Part shown: one piece after another, positions 18,725 to 28,208 of the stretch | Numbering within the stretch: the stretch's first letter is position 1 | How the letters are laid out: every line of letters begins with the position of its first letter | Assembly: GCA_964421635.1 (NCBI GenBank) | Contig: CAYQWZ010000005.1 | Location: 2,748-66,747, forward strand | Length of the DNA stretch: 64,000 bases | DNA from: an uncultured Candidatus Saccharibacteria bacterium | GTDB taxonomy: Bacteria; Patescibacteriota; UBA1384; CAILIB01; JAUSJZ01 | Direction of reading: 5' to 3' | Made by a program: the position numbers and the translations under genes | The notes under the pieces: generated by a model | Told to the model about the DNA's origin: nothing | What the model saw: only the letters and a program-made list of their open reading frames with translations | Databases searched by the model: none

Positions 18725-19297
18725 TTACTTAAACAATACCTCTTTTATACTATCAAGATTAATCCAAACTACCCCAATTAGCACTAAGTTTATTAGAGGG
18801 AAAATTACTAAATTCTCAAACCACTTGCCAGATTGAATACGGATTCCCTCAAAGGGTTTAGGTGGAAAACCAAAATTTTTATCTATTGGCCACAGAAGAG
18901 GAATGCCCAAAACAGTAATAGTATCGGCTAGAAGATGCGAGATGTAGCCAATCATAAAAGCCAGCCATGTCCAAAAGAGATTTATACCCCAATAAAGAGG
19001 CGTCCAAAAAATTAGTTGGTGAGATAGATAGCCAAACAAAATCACTCCTAATATTGAATGAGTAAGATTCCGATGACCAAAAGTAAATTTTGATGTGACT
19101 TTGCCAACCTGTTTTCCCATCGGAACAGAATCGTAAATATCGGCTGCCGCACTATCTAAATCTGGCAGTAAAGCGCCAAAGTGAGAAGCAACAATGACAC
19201 CCACGAGTGTAGCCGGCGCATAGCTTGGCTCTTGCCAAACAAAAAAGCTGCCTAAAGCAGCGGCTACACCAATTACTTGATGAGTTTTTCCAGTCAA
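18725..19297 (-). CDS. membrane-bound metal-dependent hydrolase, YdjM/DUF457-like
   Basis: MTGKTHQVIGVAAALG...SHFGALLPDLDS pattern and multiple TM helices. Confidence 0.55.
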   Translation of the reverse strand: MTGKTHQVIGVAAALGSFFVWQEPSYAPATLVGVIVASHFGALLPDLDSAAADIYDSVPMGKQVGKVTSKFTFGHRNLTHSILGVILFGYLSHQLIFWTPLYWGINLFWTWLAFMIGYISHLLADTITVLGIPLLWPIDKNFGFPPKPFEGIRIQSGKWFENLVIFPLINLVLIGVVWINLDSIKEVLFK

Positions 19298-19299
19298 GA

Positions 19300-19650
19300 C
19301 TACTTTTTATCACGGGCTAATAGCAAGTTTGTAATCAAGCTAATTAACCACAAAATTACAGCTGCCCAAAAAGCTGGCCAGAAACCTGAAACATAAAGCA
19401 AGTCGTCGCGCACCACAGCGGCTACCAACCAAATCATTAAAGCGTTAACAACAAAAGTGAATAAGCCGAGGGTCAAAATATTGATTGGCAATGTAAGTAG
19501 TAACACAATTGGTCGAATAACTGCGTTTACTAATCCTAAAATTAAAGAGATCAGTAAGGCGGTAGTAAATGACAGCACCGTAAAACCAGCCACATAGTTA
19601 GAAACTACTAGCAAACCAAGCGCATTAATAACCCACCGAAGTATCAACAT
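19300..19650 (-). CDS. DUF360/YvlD (Phage_holin_4_2 superfamily) membrane protein
   Basis: 116 aa, 4 TM helices; LVNAVIRPIVLLLTLPINILTLGLFTFVVNALMIWL is close to Bacillus YvlD family consensus. Confidence 0.7.
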   Translation of the reverse strand: MLILRWVINALGLLVVSNYVAGFTVLSFTTALLISLILGLVNAVIRPIVLLLTLPINILTLGLFTFVVNALMIWLVAAVVRDDLLYVSGFWPAFWAAVILWLISLITNLLLARDKK

Positions 19651-19685
19651 ATTAAGAACAGTATAACAAAAAGTTTGAACCGTAA

Positions 19686-19916
19686 TTAATCCTTCTTTTT
19701 CTCTCCCTCAATAATTGGCTTTCTGTCTTTCTCTGGTACTAATAACCATAATAAAATATATGCCCAAAGTGATGCTCCCCAAAACCAATAAATACAACCA
19801 ACAATTACAAAAGCTACTCTTACTACTACTGGGTCAATGCCCAAGTACTCACCTAACCCTCCGGCAACACCGGCCACAACTCTATTTTTGGTCGATCGAT
19901 ACAATTTTTTAGCCAT
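19686..19916 (-). CDS. PspC-domain protein
   Basis: LYRSTKNRVVAGVAGGLGEYLGIDPVVVRVAFVI is the PspC N-terminal domain signature, followed by a TM helix. Confidence 0.7.
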   Translation of the reverse strand: MAKKLYRSTKNRVVAGVAGGLGEYLGIDPVVVRVAFVIVGCIYWFWGASLWAYILLWLLVPEKDRKPIIEGEKKKD

Positions 19917-19975
19917 ACAAACATTTACTGTTATCAGGTTAACTTTAGCACAATTTTAACAAAAAAACCGGCCCG

Positions 19976-20371
19976 TCAATGAGGGTCGGCTGAAGTTAGG
20001 TGACTTTTTAAACAACGATCGACATATTCGGCTGCCGTTTCGTTAGACACCCGCTCAACAACCAAAGATACAGTACTGGCTCCTGCCACCGACATGGCGT
20101 GCAACAGATTTTGCTCATCATCAGTGGCTACTACTACTTTGAATCCTTGGATATCACATTCGATAAGCAAGATGCTACAACCAGCTTCAACACTCTCTAC
20201 AAGATGTCTGCGATAAGCAATGGCGCTACAACACATTCTTTGAATAACTGGCAATTGACGCCACCAGTTCGCATCAACTTCTTCGAGCTGTCTGCTTGCT
20301 CTTAGTCGTCGTCTTCTTTCTTCATCACTTTCTACCTCACAACGACGAAGTAGCTGTTGTATCCAACTCAT
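19976..20371 (-). CDS. hypothetical protein, GC-elevated
   Basis: 131-aa ORF with strong RBS GGGAGGAT 5 nt upstream of ATG; local GC clearly above flanks; no homology recognised. Confidence 0.55.
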   Translation of the reverse strand: MSWIQQLLRRCEVESDEERRRRLRASRQLEEVDANWWRQLPVIQRMCCSAIAYRRHLVESVEAGCSILLIECDIQGFKVVVATDDEQNLLHAMSVAGASTVSLVVERVSNETAAEYVDRCLKSHLTSADPH

Positions 20372-20510
20372 GGGTATCCTCCCGTAATGAGGAGAATAGC
20401 ATAAGAATAAAGGAAAGTCCAGAGTATATTGTTTATAATCTTGGAACTAAAAAAGCCCGTCGCCCTGCAAGTTAGCAGGATAAAACGAGCTTTCTCTTCG
20501 AAAAGTAGAA

Positions 20511-20771
20511 TTAGTTTCTCTCTTCTCTTTCGCGAGCAACATTTACGTTAAGCTTGCGATCATCTAACTCTGTCTCGTGCATTGCTTCGACAGCCTTATC
20601 AGCATCTTCATCGTTAGCGAATTCTACGAATCCAAAACCACGAGGACGGCCTGTTTCACGATCAGTGATGATGTTTACATCTGAAACTTCACCATGAGCC
20701 TCAAAAGCTGCTCTTAGAGAGTCTTCTGTGGTGTCATAGCTTAGGTTTCCTACATATAATCTTTTTGCCAT
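20511..20771 (-). CDS. RRM-type RNA-binding protein
   Basis: RNP-2 LYVGNL and RNP-1 RGFGFVEF motifs. Confidence 0.85.
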   Translation of the reverse strand: MAKRLYVGNLSYDTTEDSLRAAFEAHGEVSDVNIITDRETGRPRGFGFVEFANDEDADKAVEAMHETELDDRKLNVNVAREREERN

Positions 20772-20925
20772 TTTGACATACTATTATTTATCCTTTAGAA
20801 AGCTCTTTCTCTAAACACATACTCGACCGGGCATAGCGTTATCAAAAGGCACTGAACGAAAAACGTAACAGTAAATTCTAAATCACAAAAATCGTACCAT
20901 TATTTAGCAAAAAAGTCAATAACTT

Positions 20926-22017
20926 TTGTGGTATTATGTATGCGTGTCAAATATAAATAATAGTCAAGATAAAATTGTTGATTTCTTGTTCGAAGTTGGA
21001 ATTCTTTCAAAGACTCCTCGAAGTGGGTTTCATTTTTTAGGTAGCGGGCAGCAATCGGTGGCTGAGCACAATAATCGAGTGGTTTTTATTGGCTACACTT
21101 TGGCTACCTTAACTGAAGGAGTTGATGTAAGCCGAGTAATGAAAATGTGTCTCTTTCACGATTTACCAGAAGGACGCACTTCAGATTTAAATTATGTTCA
21201 CCAGAAATACGCCGAAGTCAGAGATGACGAAGCTTTGCGTGACCTTACCAAAGATCTTCCTTTTGGCGATGAGATGTATGAGCTTTACGAAGAGTATGAA
21301 AAACGCGAAAGCTTGGAATCGAAATTAGCCAAAGACGCCGACCAATTAGAATGGATTTTATCTTTAAAAGAGCAAGCTGACACGGGTAATGCTCGAGCAA
21401 ATACTTGGCTGCCACCAGGAGTAAAAAGACTATTAACCCCTATTGCCCAACAGCTAGCTACTAAAATTTTACTAACCAATTCAGACGATTGGTGGTTCTC
21501 TAACAAGCAAGATAGCTGGTGGGTAAATCGAAACAAAAATCAGCCTGCAGAAAATTTAACCCCCGCCCCTGTCGCGACTAAAAATGAAAACGAAATTGTG
21601 TTGCAAGTTGGCACTAAAATTGCCATTCAAAATGAATTAGGCCAAATATTGTTGGTTAAGCGTAATCCTCAAACATACCCTGAAGTGGTTAACCCTTGGG
21701 ATATTATTGGCGGCCGCATTGACACAGGCTCTGAATTAGAAAAAAATCTAGCGCGAGAAGTTAAAGAAGAAACTAATTTAAATTTAGTCGGCACGCCTAA
21801 ATTACTAGCTGCTCAAGACATTTTGCGTGTTCCGGGTCGTCATGTTGTTCGACTTACTTATCTCGGGCAAGCTACGGGTGAAATTAAACTTGATTCTAAA
21901 GAACATAGTGAATTCCGCTGGGTCAACCCCAATGAACTACATAATATAGAAGGATTAGACGAATACTTCAGCCAAGTAGTACAAGATAATTTTGAATTAA
22001 AAAGATCTACCGACTAA
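20926..22017 (+). CDS. HD-domain (YfbR-like 5'-deoxynucleotidase fold) fused to C-terminal NUDIX hydrolase
   Basis: N-terminal half: H..H...LFHDLPE...D HD motif layout; C-terminal half: Nudix box GGRIDTGSELEKNLAREVKEETNL; the precise start may be downstream of 20926. Confidence 0.75.
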   Translation: MWYYVCVSNINNSQDKIVDFLFEVGILSKTPRSGFHFLGSGQQSVAEHNNRVVFIGYTLATLTEGVDVSRVMKMCLFHDLPEGRTSDLNYVHQKYAEVRDDEALRDLTKDLPFGDEMYELYEEYEKRESLESKLAKDADQLEWILSLKEQADTGNARANTWLPPGVKRLLTPIAQQLATKILLTNSDDWWFSNKQDSWWVNRNKNQPAENLTPAPVATKNENEIVLQVGTKIAIQNELGQILLVKRNPQTYPEVVNPWDIIGGRIDTGSELEKNLAREVKEETNLNLVGTPKLLAAQDILRVPGRHVVRLTYLGQATGEIKLDSKEHSEFRWVNPNELHNIEGLDEYFSQVVQDNFELKRSTD

Positions 22018-23128
22018 AAATTGGAATTTGTTGATGCATCAAGCGCTCAATTTGGCTGACAAGTCGGCGTTGATCATGCGTAGCTAGCGAAATGGCCTGC
22101 CCTGCCCTTCCAGCCCGACCTGTGCGACCAACTCGATGAATATAATCTTCTGGGGCATCAGGCAAGTCATAGTTAATTACTAATCCTATATTTTCAACAT
22201 CAATACCGCGTGAAGCAACATCTGTCGCTACGAGTACACGAAAAGCTCCAGATCGAAATCCGTCTAGCGCTCGGCGTCGTTGACTTAATGATTTATTAGA
22301 ATGGATTTCAGCCGCTCGGTGTCCCATTTGTTGAACCTTACTGCGTAATTTATTCGCACCGTGTTTAGTTCGAGAGAAAACGAGCACGCTCTTGTAATCA
22401 TCATTTAAGATATGGCGTAGAGAATTTAGCTTCTCGTCTTTTCGCATATAACGCATTTGGTGCTTAATATTAGCAGCACCCGTATTAGCGGGGGAAACTT
22501 CAACTCTTACCGGATTTTTCTGATATCTTGAAGCTAAAGCCACAACCGGAGCGGCCATAGTAGCTGAGAAAAGTAGAGTTTGGTGCAGACTGGTAATGGT
22601 TGAAATGATGCGCTGAATTTGTGGAGCAAAACCCATGTCAAACATTCGATCGGCTTCGTCGAGTATAAGAAAATCTATATTTTTCACTGAAATGATGCGT
22701 TTCTCTATTAAATCGGTCAAACGGCCGGGAGTAGCAACAATTATGCGAGGATTTTGTTTTAGCTCTTTTACTTGTCGATACTGTGGCACACCACCAATGA
22801 TGCAAGTTACTTTGAAACTAACGGGTAGGGCGTGAGCAATAGATTTGATGTGTTGTTCAATCTGCAAAGCTAATTCTCGAGTTGGCGCAAGAATAAGAGC
22901 TCTCTTCTGATTGCCAGTTAATTTTTGAATCAAAGGTAAACCGAAGGCCAAAGTCTTGCCTGTCCCTGTTTGGGCAATACCAATAACATCCCTTCCGTTT
23001 AGAATTTGAGGGATCGCCTGGGCCTGAATTGGGGTCGGCTTCGTAATGCCCTTTTTTGCAAGAACTGTGATGATCTTGTGATCGAGGTCAAAAGAAGAAA
23101 AACCGGTATTATCTGTATTCATGGACAA
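22007..23128 (-). CDS. DEAD-box ATP-dependent RNA helicase
   Basis: Q motif, AQTGTGKT, DEAD, SAT, HRVGRTGRAGRAG motifs all present. Confidence 0.9.
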   Translation of the reverse strand: MSMNTDNTGFSSFDLDHKIITVLAKKGITKPTPIQAQAIPQILNGRDVIGIAQTGTGKTLAFGLPLIQKLTGNQKRALILAPTRELALQIEQHIKSIAHALPVSFKVTCIIGGVPQYRQVKELKQNPRIIVATPGRLTDLIEKRIISVKNIDFLILDEADRMFDMGFAPQIQRIISTITSLHQTLLFSATMAAPVVALASRYQKNPVRVEVSPANTGAANIKHQMRYMRKDEKLNSLRHILNDDYKSVLVFSRTKHGANKLRSKVQQMGHRAAEIHSNKSLSQRRRALDGFRSGAFRVLVATDVASRGIDVENIGLVINYDLPDAPEDYIHRVGRTGRAGRAGQAISLATHDQRRLVSQIERLMHQQIPIFSR

Positions 23129-23244
23129 GCTTAATCATACCTAAATAATCTGGTTCTGTCAATAAAGCTGCTCTACTCCCTTAAAACACAGTGGCTACAC
23201 CTTTGCTATAATGATTTCAGATAAAGGGGTAGATCTAAATTTTT

Positions 23245-23901
23245 ATGGATACAAAAAAGTCCGACACCAAAGCTGAAGCTACAAATAATTCCGCAAATTC
23301 CGTCAATTCTGCCGCGCCGACTGACAACGAAGAACTCAAAAAAAGGCGAAAAACGGTTACTTGGATTGTAATTATTGTTATCCTTCTAGCTGGCTATAGT
23401 TGGGTATCTCGCACTATCAAAATTGCCAAAATTACCCGCAGTACAGACGCTGCAATCACAGAAATTAATAAATTAGCCGATGAAGTCGAAGCAGCCCGAA
23501 ATAAAATTCCTGACGACGATTCATGGGACAACGAATATTCTGAATTTGAAGATGAAGACGAGTTTTCCGAAGAAGAAGGCTTAAGCGACCTTGCAAGCTT
23601 ATACGGTTGCGACTCCGATATGTACAAAACAGATGAAGAAGCAGCTGATGATTGGGACGCCGAAGACATTTGTATAGGTGAAATTGAAGAGCCAGTTTGC
23701 GGTTATATGCGCTTGGTTTTTGATAACGATAAAGAAAGAGAAAGTGCAGACACCTACGAAAACGCTTGCACCTATTGCAAAATGTTTGATAGTGACGGAA
23801 AAACGGGGCTTCGTGGCACCACAATGTATGAGTTAGGATACACGGACGGCGAATGTTCAGACTCTGTTTTGAATTCAGAATTGAATTATAGTTCTCAGTA
23901 G
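23245..23901 (+). CDS. membrane-anchored acidic, Cys-containing hypothetical protein
   Basis: 218 aa; single TM after basic stretch; highly acidic middle; 8 Cys in C-terminal third. Confidence 0.5.
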   Translation: MDTKKSDTKAEATNNSANSVNSAAPTDNEELKKRRKTVTWIVIIVILLAGYSWVSRTIKIAKITRSTDAAITEINKLADEVEAARNKIPDDDSWDNEYSEFEDEDEFSEEEGLSDLASLYGCDSDMYKTDEEAADDWDAEDICIGEIEEPVCGYMRLVFDNDKERESADTYENACTYCKMFDSDGKTGLRGTTMYELGYTDGECSDSVLNSELNYSSQ

Positions 23902-23962
23902 GTTTCTTGACAAACAAACCTGATATTGCTACTAATTAAGTGTTCGAGAAAGGAGCACAGCT

Positions 23963-24490
23963 GTGACTATGGCAATAACTGCCCCTACGAGAACCCGTTG
24001 CGATATACTCAGCACAATCAAAATTCGAGTAGACACCAAACAATCTATCGATTTAATGATTGAGTTGGGACAGTATCAGTGGATTAGTGAAATACTGCTT
24101 CGAAGAAAGCTTCACTACCCCCATGTACCAACACAAACTAGCCCCATATTAGAGGCTAGAATTGCTCTGGTTCAGGTTCAAGGAGATCCTGAGATCAGCT
24201 CCGTAGAAGCTAATGCCCTTATTCAAAGCAGTTTAGGATTAGTACCAATAGAGCTACTTGCATTGCTGGCTATTGGAATACAGTATCCTCATTTACAAAC
24301 AGAATTTCCCATAGTAGCGCTCGGGGCTAGAACAGCTATAAATAACTGTGACTATGTCTTCAAGTTGGGTACTCATCGCTTTTCTACCACAAACACCAAA
24401 GCTAAAGCCCTTCTTCATCACCGCTGTGATTTGCCATTCTTTTGCGCCAACTGCCTCTTCCCAGCCTTCATACCCCTTGACCGCGATTAG
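23963..24490 (+). CDS. hypothetical protein
   Basis: 175-aa ORF whose stop lies in a hairpin CCGCGA-ttagtc-TCGCGG followed by a T6 intrinsic terminator. Confidence 0.4.
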   Translation: MTMAITAPTRTRCDILSTIKIRVDTKQSIDLMIELGQYQWISEILLRRKLHYPHVPTQTSPILEARIALVQVQGDPEISSVEANALIQSSLGLVPIELLALLAIGIQYPHLQTEFPIVALGARTAINNCDYVFKLGTHRFSTTNTKAKALLHHRCDLPFFCANCLFPAFIPLDRD

Positions 24491-24507
24491 TCTCGCGGTT
24501 TTTTAAT
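24478..24507 (+). terminator. intrinsic terminator
   Basis: CCGCGATTAGTCTCGCGG hairpin followed by TTTTTTAA. Confidence 0.5.
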
Positions 24508-24601
24508 CCATATCCATCAACAATCTATAGTAAATTTTCACTGTCAACAAAAAACTGCCATTGATAAAATTTAAACTTCTCTGCTAGCAGTAAGAGATGA
24601 A

Positions 24602-25315
24602 TTATTCGTGTCTTAAAGCATCTATTGGACTTAAAGCAGCCGCTTTCTTGGCCGGGTACCAACCAAAAACCAACCCCACTGCCATTGCTACTGATAAAGC
24701 CAAAATTATTGAGTTCATATTCATAGCCACACTTAAATCAAATAAGGAGCTGGCTAGATAAGCAAAAATATAACCCAATATAACCCCGACAATGCCACCA
24801 AGAGTAGTTAACACAATAGCCTCAATCATGAACTGAGATAGAATATCGCTTCGCTTAGCACCAATAGCTTTTAGTAATCCTATTTCTTTAGTCCGCTCGG
24901 CAATAGTAACCAACATAATATTCATTATGCCAATTCCACCAACCACTAAAGAGATAGCCGCAATTCCTGCTAATAAAGAGACCATAGTACTAGTAACACT
25001 ACTAATCGAATCAATCATTGACTGGGCACTTCTTAATCTAAAGTCAGCGTCGTCAGCGTTAGAAATACCATGATTGTCTAAAAGTACTTGCTCAACTGTC
25101 TCTGTATAGTCAGTCACTATTTCTGGATCAGAAATAGCCACACTAATAGAAGTTGGATTATCTGAACCAACTAAAATTTTTTGAGCTGTACCAATAGGCG
25201 TTAAAACATCTGAACTATCGTTAATAACCCCAATAACTCTGAAACTACTTTGGTCAACTCTAATTTTTTTACCAACTACAGATTGATTTTCACCAAAAAG
25301 CTCGGTCATCCGCAT
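24602..25315 (-). pseudogene. C-terminal fragment of MacB/FtsX-type ABC permease
   Basis: Translation matches the end of the MacB periplasmic domain plus the 4-TM FtsX domain (..TAERTKEIGLLKAIGA.., ..LSPIDALRHE); upstream in frame there is no MacB-like sequence (stop at 25373-25375) and no ATPase domain, so the gene is 5'-truncated. Confidence 0.7.
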
Positions 25316-27430
25316 GACCCAAATATATCAGTGGTACCGAAAGAGTTTTCTGACTACAAGACCAATTCAATACTCACTCCTACTGATAGACGTGTGCTCG
25401 AACAGAGTTATTTCAAAGGTGGTACTCCATCTAACATAACCATTGACCACTTGCAAAACATACACGAGTACTTCAAGAGTAAGGGGTATTCCGCAATACA
25501 AACACCACGACCTTCAGACGTAAGTGGTGCCGCCACAGAGATGGTTATTATTGACCCCTCTAAGATTAAAACCAAATCCCAACTAACCGACCTCTACAAC
25601 CAAGCACACGCTAAACCTAGTGAGTTACCCCAGAACCCTCTACTAGCAGAAGCCCGTAAGTATAAGAGTGCGGAGGAGTTTGTGAATAAAATACAAGGTA
25701 GTAAGACTCAATACACAGATTACACCCCAGGATTAAGGACTGGTGGCACTTCTTCTGAGTCTATGAGGATAAGCAAACTGGGTGTTAATCCAAATCAGGA
25801 AGTAACAATTTATAGAGGAGTCCCAAAAGGTATAAAAGGTAGTATAAATTCTGGTGATTTTGTAACTACTGATTTACAGTCGGCAAAAGACTATGCAGGT
25901 AATGGTGCCGTGTTATCAACTAAAACAAAAGCCAAGAACCTTATCACGGAGTACTCTAGTGAGTTTGATAAAAACAACCCATTTAGTCCTGGCAGTGAAT
26001 TTATCTACTCGACAGAAAGTGCGTCAAAACCATTGACCAAATCCCAACTAACCGACATCTACAACCAAGCCACTAAGGCAGCATCTCTAAAAACTGCGGG
26101 ACAAACTGGACTAGAACCATTGCAGTCCAGTAAAGCGTTAGGGGTAGAACAACAAAATATACAAAAGGTTCAGATTGGGGGAGGTTTGAAAGCTCTTCAA
26201 CCAGAAGAGTCTGTTTTTCTCGGTAAAAAGCTGAAAGTATCGGAGACACCAGAACAAATAACGATAAAAAGAGAAGGAACAAAACAATTATCAGAATGGG
26301 AGTCCAAAGAAGGTATATCAAAGCGTTCATCTAGTTTAGATAGTATAGAGACTCCAAGAGTTGTCAAGCCCGAAGACATTAAAACAGGTGAATACTTAGA
26401 CCCCGAAGATGCTATACAAGCGACAGAGTTTGCGAGAGAGTTTGGTGATGAAAAAACATTTAAGCCTATATTTGATAGATTTATAGGTAAAAGAGAAGCA
26501 GCCAAAACTAAGGGCGCTTTAGTTGGTAACAAATATGTCAATATATCCGTTAAAGATGGCTTTGATGTAATAGATGGACTAGAAGGGATTGGTACTAATA
26601 AAGCGGTTGGAAAAGATGTAGCGTTACTTAGAAACGAGTACGACACCTTACGACAGCTGGCTAATAAAGAAGGTCTAAACATAAACTTCAAAGAGGATTA
26701 TATAACTCATATTTGGAAAGAATCTCCAGCAGATGTACAAAAAGTTCTTTCCGCTAAGGGTGGTTTTAAGTACGCTAAACAAAGAACTATACCAACATAT
26801 AGAGAAGGTTTGAAACTTGGACTTACACCTAAATATACCCATCCTGCACCTATAATTGCAGAATATGTTACAAAGTTAGAACAAACAAAAGCAGCTCTGG
26901 ATATGTTCAAAACTCTGAAGAAACAGGGGATAATAGTGCCTGCTAAAGTTGGCGCTAGTAATATAGATTTTGAGCCAATCGTTGCGGGTGGATTTCCTAA
27001 GTCAACTACTAACATTGGTGATGGAAGAACTTATATCGGCAACTGGTATGCTCCTAAACAAGTTGCAGATTTGATAAATAGTGTTTTCTCTCCTAGAGCA
27101 GAAAATAAGTTATTAGGATTCACAGCCAACATTTCAAGGGGAGTACAAGATGTATCTATGGGTGGTGGTATCGCATATACTCCTATTAACTTCTTTACTA
27201 TTGCTAACTCAATAAAGGAATTGACTGCATTTCGTGGTAGAGCCCCCTTTAAGGCTTTAGCACACTCAATAACTGATGGTTCTTCTAAAAGATATTTTGC
27301 TCAACACGCAAGCACTATTATAAAGATGCAAGAGAATAACATTCCAATATCAACTAGTTTTTCTACTGAAACTCTTGTACCAAGAGCATTATCTAAAAGC
27401 ATTGGTCAAAAAGCTGCATCTGCTTCTTGA
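25250..27430 (+). CDS. large hypothetical protein (up to 726 aa) with internal repeat KSQLTD(L/I)YNQA; no recognisable domains
   Basis: Long ORF antisense to, and lying between, the two efflux-gene fragments; first 66 nt overlap the MacB fragment so the true start is probably an internal GTG/ATG (e.g. GTG ~25331); repeat copies near aa 105-125 and 262-282. Confidence 0.65.
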   Translation: MVNSNFFTNYRLIFTKKLGHPHDPNISVVPKEFSDYKTNSILTPTDRRVLEQSYFKGGTPSNITIDHLQNIHEYFKSKGYSAIQTPRPSDVSGAATEMVIIDPSKIKTKSQLTDLYNQAHAKPSELPQNPLLAEARKYKSAEEFVNKIQGSKTQYTDYTPGLRTGGTSSESMRISKLGVNPNQEVTIYRGVPKGIKGSINSGDFVTTDLQSAKDYAGNGAVLSTKTKAKNLITEYSSEFDKNNPFSPGSEFIYSTESASKPLTKSQLTDIYNQATKAASLKTAGQTGLEPLQSSKALGVEQQNIQKVQIGGGLKALQPEESVFLGKKLKVSETPEQITIKREGTKQLSEWESKEGISKRSSSLDSIETPRVVKPEDIKTGEYLDPEDAIQATEFAREFGDEKTFKPIFDRFIGKREAAKTKGALVGNKYVNISVKDGFDVIDGLEGIGTNKAVGKDVALLRNEYDTLRQLANKEGLNINFKEDYITHIWKESPADVQKVLSAKGGFKYAKQRTIPTYREGLKLGLTPKYTHPAPIIAEYVTKLEQTKAALDMFKTLKKQGIIVPAKVGASNIDFEPIVAGGFPKSTTNIGDGRTYIGNWYAPKQVADLINSVFSPRAENKLLGFTANISRGVQDVSMGGGIAYTPINFFTIANSIKELTAFRGRAPFKALAHSITDGSSKRYFAQHASTIIKMQENNIPISTSFSTETLVPRALSKSIGQKAASAS

Positions 27431-27744
27431 ATAACTGTAAATAGAGTTTGCCCTTCATAAACATAATCTCCATTACTAACAGATAATCCTCTCACCACAC
27501 CACTGACAGAAGCCGTTATATCTACTGATCCTACCACCTCTATCTCACCAACTTCTGAAATAGAATTTATTACATTACCTTTTTCTACTTGGCCGTAGGT
27601 ATATTCAGTACTAGCCGAATCTTGATCTTTTTTAGTACCAAAAAAATAAAACAGACCTCCTGTGACTAAAACAGCAAGAATAATATATTTTAGAAAATTT
27701 TTTTTAAGCATAATTTTATTAGCTTCCCTTTGGCATGTTGCCAT
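27406..27744 (-). pseudogene. N-terminal fragment of HlyD-family membrane fusion protein
   Basis: 112 aa: signal-anchor plus first lipoyl-like half (..VSGVVRGLSVSNGDYVYEGQTLFTV..) but no coiled-coil or beta-barrel domains; compare intact paralog at 506-1747. Confidence 0.6.
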
Positions 27745-28036
27745 TCATCTTACGCATAGTGCGCATAGTATCTCTCATTTCCACCCTTTCTTCTTCAGAC
27801 ATATTTTCCATTCCCTCTGGCATCTCTGGTTTCACTTCTTCCATTTTCTGAGCAATCTCTTCTTCAGACAATCCTTGTTCTCGCCAATACTCTTGCATTA
27901 CCTCATTTTGACGTTCCATGTTTTTGGGGTTCATGTTAAAACGACCCCGATTATTTTGTTTCTTTAAAAAAAACCAACTGCCGAGTAAAACTATAACTAG
28001 CAGTAACAAAAAAATGATGATCTTCTTTTTCTTCAT
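27719..28036 (-). CDS. small secreted/anchored Met-rich protein
   Basis: 105 aa, N-terminal hydrophobic anchor, C-terminal half rich in M/E (MPEGMENMSEEERVEMRDTMRTMRKMNGNMP). Confidence 0.5.
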   Translation of the reverse strand: MKKKKIIIFLLLLVIVLLGSWFFLKKQNNRGRFNMNPKNMERQNEVMQEYWREQGLSEEEIAQKMEEVKPEMPEGMENMSEEERVEMRDTMRTMRKMNGNMPKGS

Positions 28037-28208
28037 ACACTTAATAAACTTACCCCCTCTTGTTAGTACTACGCATAACTGAGAAAATATATCTCAATTT
28101 ACAATATTAACTTTTTTAACAACCAATGATAACCAACATGAATGTTGTTTAAATTAGATTGGCTCTTGTCCAATTTAGCGGAGCTGACCGAGAAATAACA
28201 TTAATTCA

